From Candidatus Sumerlaeia bacterium (GTDB taxonomy: Bacteria > Sumerlaeota > Sumerlaeia > SLMS01 > JANRJK01), in NCBI GenBank assembly GCA_033764015.1, contig JANRJK010000045.1, positions 1 to 33,979 on the forward strand: a stretch of DNA of 33,979 nt. The letters run 5' to 3'. The notes under the pieces were generated by a model. That model was not told where the DNA came from, searched no databases, and worked only from the letters and a program-made list of their open reading frames with translations. Each line of letters opens with the position of its first letter. Position 1 is the stretch's first letter. Below are positions 28,626-33,979 of the stretch, in pieces. A program made the translations under genes and the position numbers.

Positions 28626-29089
28626 AGCGGGACGACCGGGTACGGCTTGGCATCGCGTTGGTCCTGGCGGGCCTTCTCGCGCTGGGAGCCTCCATCGGGA
28701 TCGGTTCGCGCCAGGGCCTGAAGCAGTGGCGCGCGGAGCTGCTCGAGCCGGTGGTGCTGCCGGACGCCTACCACCGGCGCTTCCCGGACGGCATCGCCGT
28801 CGGCGGCGAGCGGATCGAGTGGTTCCGATCGAAGATGCGCGGGCCCAAGGGCGACGAGAACTACCTCCACGGCGAGGGCGGCGGCTTGGTGCTCTCGCTT
28901 TTCGAGGAGCCCGGGGAGCCCGGCGTGGCGAGCGGCTACAACCCGACCGGCGCATTCATCTACAATGCGCAATTGCCGGAGTTCCGCCTCCTCGTGACCG
29001 CCGCGCCATCGCGCGCGTGGGAGGTCGCCGCGCTGCTCGGACCCGTCGTCGAGGCGGCAGCGGCCACCTCCGAAACCCTTTCGGATTGA
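28622..29089 (+). CDS. Hypothetical membrane-anchored protein
   Basis: N-terminal TM helix and GTGA overlap with the previous stop. Confidence 0.65.
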   Translation: MKRDDRVRLGIALVLAGLLALGASIGIGSRQGLKQWRAELLEPVVLPDAYHRRFPDGIAVGGERIEWFRSKMRGPKGDENYLHGEGGGLVLSLFEEPGEPGVASGYNPTGAFIYNAQLPEFRLLVTAAPSRAWEVAALLGPVVEAAAATSETLSD

Positions 29090-29150
29090 CCCGATCCGCG
29101 GGCGCCGCGGGGCATTCCCGCAGCAGCCGCACCCCTCCCGACACGCGACC

Positions 29151-29651
29151 TTGAGCGACCCCGCCACCCCAGCCCCCGGCCCCGTGCCCCGCGTCGCGCG
29201 ACCGGTGGCGCTCGCATGGTGCGCACTCAACTGGATCGTTCCCGGCCTCGGCTACTTCGCCGCGGGGGACCGGTTCCGGGGCGCGGCGCTGTTCCTCCTG
29301 ATCAACGGAGTGTTGGTCGCGGGCTATGCGCTCGGCGGCCACTTCCTGCCGCCGGTCTGGCGCGTCGGCGCGCCGAACTTCAGCATCGTCTCGTGCCTGA
29401 CCTACATCCTCCAGCTCTTCCACGGCGGCGCATGGGCGCTGAGCGCCTTCTCCATGGGGATCGTCGAGCGCGGCTCGCAAGCGGCGGCGGCCGGGTTCTT
29501 CGCCGGGCGTCCGGGAATGCCGTACGCGGACCTCGGGGCCTTCCACCTGCTGGCGGCGGGAGCGATGAACTACCTTTCGACGGTGCGGCTCTACGACGAG
29601 GCCGCGGGCGATCCCTCGCTGGTGGACGACTCGGCGGAGGCCTCGGCGTGA
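29151..29651 (+). CDS. DUF6677-like membrane protein
   Basis: LNWIVPGLGYF..G.RFRG and DLG.FHLLAAGAMNYL, with several TM segments. TTG start. Confidence 0.7.
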   Translation: MSDPATPAPGPVPRVARPVALAWCALNWIVPGLGYFAAGDRFRGAALFLLINGVLVAGYALGGHFLPPVWRVGAPNFSIVSCLTYILQLFHGGAWALSAFSMGIVERGSQAAAAGFFAGRPGMPYADLGAFHLLAAGAMNYLSTVRLYDEAAGDPSLVDDSAEASA

Positions 29652-29833
29652 CCGGTTTCCTGTTCGTGGCCGCGGCGCTGTACCTCACCCTTGCGATTTC
29701 GTTTGTGCTGGCGTTGCCGCAAGCGGGCGACCGGCGGCAGCTGGCGCGCGCGACGATGGTCCTCTGGGGGAAATTCCTCGCGGGGCTCGGAGGCGTGGCG
29801 GCGGTGGTGGGCCTCCTCGATCTATTTTCTTGA
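29648..29833 (+). CDS. Small two-TM membrane protein (61 aa)
   Basis: GTG overlaps the previous TGA. Sequence MTGFLFVAAALYLTLAISFVLAL...WGKFLAGLGGVAAVVGLLDLFS. Confidence 0.6.
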   Translation: MTGFLFVAAALYLTLAISFVLALPQAGDRRQLARATMVLWGKFLAGLGGVAAVVGLLDLFS

Positions 29834-29941
29834 GTGCGCCACTTTTTCGTTGACCGTGGCGGATGGCGTGCCAAGCTGGCGACGGTTTCAACGCCGGGGT
29901 CCATTCGGACCCTGTTAGTCTCATCGGAAGGAGGGGGCGTA

Positions 29942-30592
29942 ATGCGCACCTTGCGTGCATTCACCCTCATTGAACTCCTGATCGTGGTCGCGATCATCGC
30001 GATCCTCGCGGCCATCGCGGTCCCGAACTTCCTCGAAGCTCAGGTTCGCTCGAAGGTCTCCCGTGTTCGTTCTGACATGCGTTCGTTGGCAACCGGCCTG
30101 GAGTCGTACTACATCGATAATAATCAGTACCCGGCCGTCACTAACGACCAGTTGGACCTCTCGGCAGACCGCGCTCAGATCACCGGCGCCGCCGCTGACC
30201 AGCGTGGCCGCACGTTCCGCCTCCGCGGCACGACGCAGCTCTCCACCCTCACCACCCCGGTCTCGTACCTGACGAGCATCTTCGGCGATCCGTTCTCGGA
30301 CACCCGTGGTCTCTCGTTCCGCTACTTCGCCGACTCGTCGGGCTGGATCCTCAACTCGTTCGGTCCGGACGTTGACGAGGCCCAGCGTGGCGATCTTGGT
30401 TTCGACGCCGCCGGCGACGGCCGCGACAACGACGACGCCAACTCGGTCGAGACGATCTACGACAGCCGCATCTCGCAGCCGTCGCTCTTCCTGATCGTTG
30501 GCGGCCGCTTCGGCACCCCCGCCGCGGCGTTCACCTACGACCCGACCAACGGCACCACCTCGGAAGGCGACGTCTGGCGCACGAAGCAGTAA
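29942..30592 (+). CDS. Type IV pilin / GspG-like prepilin with N-terminal methylation motif
   Basis: MRTLRA|FTLIELLIVVAIIAILAAIAVPNF with Glu at +5. Strong SD GGAAGGAGG. TAA stop. C-terminal YDPTNGTTSEGDVWR. Confidence 0.93.
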   Translation: MRTLRAFTLIELLIVVAIIAILAAIAVPNFLEAQVRSKVSRVRSDMRSLATGLESYYIDNNQYPAVTNDQLDLSADRAQITGAAADQRGRTFRLRGTTQLSTLTTPVSYLTSIFGDPFSDTRGLSFRYFADSSGWILNSFGPDVDEAQRGDLGFDAAGDGRDNDDANSVETIYDSRISQPSLFLIVGGRFGTPAAAFTYDPTNGTTSEGDVWRTKQ

Positions 30593-30625
30593 TCGTTGCG
30601 TCCAACGGCACCCCCGTTTGGAGTC

Positions 30626-30664
30626 AGGAGGCACCCCCGCAACCCGGGGGTGCCTCTTCTCTTT
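30626..30664 (+). terminator. Rho-independent terminator after the pilin gene
   Basis: 12-bp perfect stem GAGGCACCCCCG / CGGGGGTGCCTC, 5-nt loop, followed by TTCTCTTT. Confidence 0.8.
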
Positions 30665-30678
30665 AGGGGCGGTCCATC

Positions 30679-31485
30679 ATGAAGCCCGACACGGAACTGA
30701 CCGTCGCGCTCGAACGGCGCGCTTGGCGCGTCCGGCGCACGGTCGGGCTTGTCGGCGCCACGGCGCTCCTCGCCCTGCTCTTATCGCTGGCCTATTTCGG
30801 CTCCCGCCGCCTCGCGCAGCCCGTCATCGCGTTCGAGCAAGCATCCTCGGACCGGTTCGGCATCCTCCGGATCCCCGTCGCGCAAGGGATCGAACTCCTG
30901 CTCGCGCAAAGCGGATCGGAGGCGGGCTCCGCCGAAGCCGCCGCACTCCGCGGGGAACTCCGGCGCATCGCGCCGCTCGTCTCCGGCGGTATCGAGGTGG
31001 CGGTCTCGCATCAGCCGGACGGCACGGCGCAGTGGGCGGCCTTCGTGCCGACCGCGGTTGCGCCGCAGGCGCTTGAAAAGGCCGCGGCGGAACTGCTCGG
31101 CGGTGAAGGAGCCTTCACGCCCTGCGGGGCTGCGAAGGCCGGCCGCCTCGGCTGTTACGAGACCACGACCGGTGGCTTCCTCCTGCTCAGTGCGCCGGAT
31201 ACGCCCCGGCCCCGACTCATCGAGTACCCAACAAACCACGAACCGGACGCCTCCCCGGCGATCACCTACGAGGGGCCGGTCGCTCTTGCGACCCCACCCC
31301 TGCGCCTGCTCGCCGTCGCCGAGTTCCGCGCCCCGCTCGAAGCCCGCCTCCTCGCGCGCTGGGAGCCGATCCGCCCGGGTAAGGCGCCCGCCGGCACGAT
31401 TCGCGTTAGCCCCGGCCCGGATCGTGCAGTAGCTTTCGAGGGCGTCTGGCCCCTTCCGGGCCCGAGCGCCCCACCGGCTGAATGA
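30679..31485 (+). CDS. Hypothetical membrane-anchored protein (268 aa)
   Basis: N-terminal TM helix (VGLVGATALLALLLSLAYF). The stop overlaps the GT4 ATG (ATGA). Confidence 0.6.
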   Translation: MKPDTELTVALERRAWRVRRTVGLVGATALLALLLSLAYFGSRRLAQPVIAFEQASSDRFGILRIPVAQGIELLLAQSGSEAGSAEAAALRGELRRIAPLVSGGIEVAVSHQPDGTAQWAAFVPTAVAPQALEKAAAELLGGEGAFTPCGAAKAGRLGCYETTTGGFLLLSAPDTPRPRLIEYPTNHEPDASPAITYEGPVALATPPLRLLAVAEFRAPLEARLLARWEPIRPGKAPAGTIRVSPGPDRAVAFEGVWPLPGPSAPPAE

Positions 31486-32612
31486 CCCCCAAGCGCCCCC
31501 ACGTCGTCCGCGTCATCACTTGGCTCCCCGTTGGCGGGATCGAGCGCCGCATCGTCGCGGTGCTTCCCCGGCTGCGCGACATGGGCTGGGACGTTTCCGT
31601 GGTTTGCATCCGCGAGCGCGGCGAGCTGGCCCGCGAGGTCGAGCGCGCCGGGATTCCGCTGGAGGTGGTGCCGTTCGGCAGCCGCCTTTCGCCCGGCGGC
31701 ATCCGGCGCCTGGCGGAGATCTTCCGCGAGCGCGGCGCCGACGTGGTGCATTCGCACATGTACCGGAGCAACGTGCCCGCGACGGTCGCGGGGCGCCTCG
31801 CCGGAGTCCGCGCCATCTTCGGACAGGTCCACAACGTCGGCACCTGGGAGACGCCCCGGCAGCGGCTGGCGGACATGGCGCTTTCGCGCCTGCGCCGCGG
31901 CACCATCGCGGTGTCGAAGGCGGTGCAGCGCGACGTGATGGCGTCGCTCCGCCTGCCGGCGTCGCGCGTGCCGTTGGTCTACAACGGGATCGACACGGAA
32001 GCGTTCCGTCCCGACGGGGAACTGCGTGCGAAGGTGCGCGGAGAGCTGGGCGCCACGGCGGACACCACGGTGGTGCTGGTGCCGGCGCGCCTGCATCCGC
32101 AGAAGAACCCGCTCGGGATGCTGCGAGCGTTCCAAGCCGCCCGCGGCGCGACGCCGGAGCGCCGCGCGCTGCTGGTCTACGCCGGCGCCGGCGACGAGGA
32201 GGAGGCTCTCCGCCGCGCCATCGCCGAAGCGCGCCTCGGACGCGACGCGGTGCTCCTCGGCAAGCGCGACGACATGGCGGCGGTCTACAACGGCGCCGAC
32301 CTGGTGGCGCTGCCGAGCTTCAAGGAGGGCTTCTCGAACGCGGTGCTCGAGGCGCTCGCCTGCGGGCGCCCGGTGCTGGCCAGCGACGCGGGTGGAAACG
32401 CCGAAGCGGTCGACGGGCCCGCGCTTGGCTGGATACACCCGGTTGGCGACGCGGCGGCGCTCGAGCGCGATCTCTCCGCGGCGCTCGCCGAGGGCCCCGC
32501 ACTCGCCGGGCGCGCCGAAGCCTGCCGCGCGCGCGCCCTCGAGTTCTCCGTCGAGGCCATGGTGCGCCGGCTGCACGAACTCTACTCGGAAGGTCTCGGC
32601 ACCGCCCCGTGA
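31482..32612 (+). CDS. Glycosyltransferase family 4 (GT-B fold)
   Basis: GGIER, DVVHSHM, IAVS..V, VYNGID, ARLHPQKN, LLGKRDD and LPSFKEGFSNAVLEALACGRPV (EX7E). Confidence 0.93.
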   Translation: MTPKRPHVVRVITWLPVGGIERRIVAVLPRLRDMGWDVSVVCIRERGELAREVERAGIPLEVVPFGSRLSPGGIRRLAEIFRERGADVVHSHMYRSNVPATVAGRLAGVRAIFGQVHNVGTWETPRQRLADMALSRLRRGTIAVSKAVQRDVMASLRLPASRVPLVYNGIDTEAFRPDGELRAKVRGELGATADTTVVLVPARLHPQKNPLGMLRAFQAARGATPERRALLVYAGAGDEEEALRRAIAEARLGRDAVLLGKRDDMAAVYNGADLVALPSFKEGFSNAVLEALACGRPVLASDAGGNAEAVDGPALGWIHPVGDAAALERDLSAALAEGPALAGRAEACRARALEFSVEAMVRRLHELYSEGLGTAP

Positions 32613-33409
32613 GCGCCCCCGCACCACCCCTCCCGCAGGATCCTTACGCGGGCGCTCCTCCGGAGTACCTCGCGTGGTTCTCCGCGTTCTTCCGCTACGA
32701 CCGGCTACACATCCGCCAGAAGCTGCTGACGCTGTCGGAGAAGTACCAGCTCGACAATCCGGACGGCTCCCCGCGGTTCTACGTGGTGCGCCCGCCCAAG
32801 CTGGCGCTCAACGCGGTGCTCGGCGTCGCGGCGCTCGCGGTGAACCTCCTCATCTTCTACCTGGCGTTCAAGCTCTTCACGGCGCAGCAGGCCGTGCCCG
32901 CCTTCGCCATCCTCTTCGGCGGCGGCTTCCTGCTCCAGCTCGCGGTCGCGCTCCTCAGCCCCTACCGCGACATCCACGTCTACTCGAGCGAGGCGGAGGA
33001 CCACGAGCTGCTGCGCATCTCGCAGGACAACAAGCTCGCCATCGAGTCGCGCTACACCGTGCGCGACCCCTTCGGCGTCGAGGTGGCGGTGCTGAAGCGG
33101 CACAACATCCGCGCGATCCTCCGCCGCCAGTGGCTCGCCGAGACCCCCGGCGGCGAACCGATCTGCACGGTCCGCGAGGACAAGCTGGCGCTCGCGCTGC
33201 TGCGCCGCTACTTCGGGACGCTGTACGGCCTCCTGCGCACCAACTTCATCTTCGAGTTCCCCGACGGCTCGCCCGCCGGACGCTACGACCGGCAGCTCAC
33301 GCTCACGGACCAGTACATCATCGACCTCTCCGGCGACCCGTGGCGGCTGATCGACCGGCGCGTGACGCTCGCCATGGCGGTGCTGCTCGACACCGGGGAG
33401 CGCCGGTGA
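32609..33409 (+). CDS. LURP-one/Tubby-like (scramblase-fold) protein with an inserted TM hairpin
   Basis: IRQKLLTLSEKYQL...; RQLTLTDQYIIDL...DRRVTLAMAVLLD. GTGA overlaps at both ends. The real start is GTG 32609, not 31520. Confidence 0.65.
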   Translation: MSAPAPPLPQDPYAGAPPEYLAWFSAFFRYDRLHIRQKLLTLSEKYQLDNPDGSPRFYVVRPPKLALNAVLGVAALAVNLLIFYLAFKLFTAQQAVPAFAILFGGGFLLQLAVALLSPYRDIHVYSSEAEDHELLRISQDNKLAIESRYTVRDPFGVEVAVLKRHNIRAILRRQWLAETPGGEPICTVREDKLALALLRRYFGTLYGLLRTNFIFEFPDGSPAGRYDRQLTLTDQYIIDLSGDPWRLIDRRVTLAMAVLLDTGERR

Positions 33410-33979
33410 ACCCCCGCCTGGTGGGCATCACGGACCGGCGCCTCGCGGACGGCGCCGCGGACCTAGTGCGGCGCTGCGAAGCGCTCTGCGAAGGGGGCGC
33501 CGACGCGATCCTGCTGCGCGAGAAGGACCTTCCCGCGGGGGAACTCCTGGCTCTCGCCCGCGCCCTCCGCGAAGCGACCGCCGCGCACGGGGCGCTGCTG
33601 CTCGTCGCGGACCGGCTCGATGCGGCGCTCGCGGCGGGGGCGGACGGCTGCCACCTCGGGCGCGCGTCGCTGCCGTTGGAAGCGGCCCGTGCGCTGGTGC
33701 CACCGGGCTTCATCCTGGGCGCGAGCTGCCACTCCGCGGAGGAGCTGGAGGAAGCGGCCCGGTCGGGCGCCGACTATGCGTTTCTGTCGCCGGTGTTCGC
33801 GCCGAACTCGAAGGCGGGCGGCGAGCCGCTCGGCCTCGAACGGTTCGCCGCGCTCGCGGCGGAGTGCCCGCTCCCGGTGCTGGCGCTCGGCGGGCTCGAC
33901 GCGGAGCGCGCTCGCGCCTGCCGCGCGGCGGGCGCGGACGGCGTGGCGGCGATCGGCGCGCTGTTCGGCGCGGCGGACC
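33406..33979 (+). CDS. thiE: Thiamine-phosphate synthase / TenI family protein (3' end runs off the window)
   Basis: Hand translation from GTG 33406: LVGITDR, ILLREKD, VADRLDAALAAGADGCHLG, LGASCHS, ADYAFLSPVFAPNSK and PVLALGG. Confidence 0.85.
   Translation, partial: MNPRLVGITDRRLADGAADLVRRCEALCEGGADAILLREKDLPAGELLALARALREATAAHGALLLVADRLDAALAAGADGCHLGRASLPLEAARALVPPGFILGASCHSAEELEEAARSGADYAFLSPVFAPNSKAGGEPLGLERFAALAAECPLPVLALGGLDAERARACRAAGADGVAAIGALFGAAD

Noticed and set aside
29850..29878. Sigma-54 (TGGCGGATGGCGTGC, GG-N10-GC) or sigma-70 (TTGACC) promoter for the pilin
   Set aside because: Matches are weak, occur on both strands and are common by chance at this GC content. TSS mapping is needed before calling a promoter.

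Overview
High-GC (roughly 70-75% by eye) bacterial chromosomal segment with about 29 protein-coding genes. I found no rRNA, tRNA, CRISPR array, integrase or transposase. Housekeeping genes: priA, a short dprA-like gene, an orphan nuoG, metG, a yitJ-type HMT/MTHFR fusion, dxs, an NtrC-family regulator, an ftsB-like gene and a thiE/tenI-like gene. These are interleaved with envelope and secreted-protein genes: a 1484-aa multidomain di-heme cytochrome c surface protein, a DOMON-like secreted protein, two tandem TRL-like lipoproteins, a type IV pilin-like gene with highly-expressed-gene hallmarks, and GT2/GT4 glycosyltransferases. The pilin style (FTLIELLIVVAIIAILAAIAVPNFLEAQVRSK...YDPTNGTxSxGD) and the C-terminal WM(M/L)Y tails suggest Candidatus Sumerlaeota (BRC1); this is inference from recalled family patterns, not a search. 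Top candidate for a novel system: two unrelated signal-peptide proteins 11 kb apart end in the same short motif (ASVGDGWMMY* and AAVRGWMLYE*), which looks like a C-terminal sorting or anchoring signal with no TM helix. Also notable: a core-only DprA ending in a clamp-binding-like QGDLF motif and translationally coupled to priA, and several proteins with degenerate catalytic motifs.
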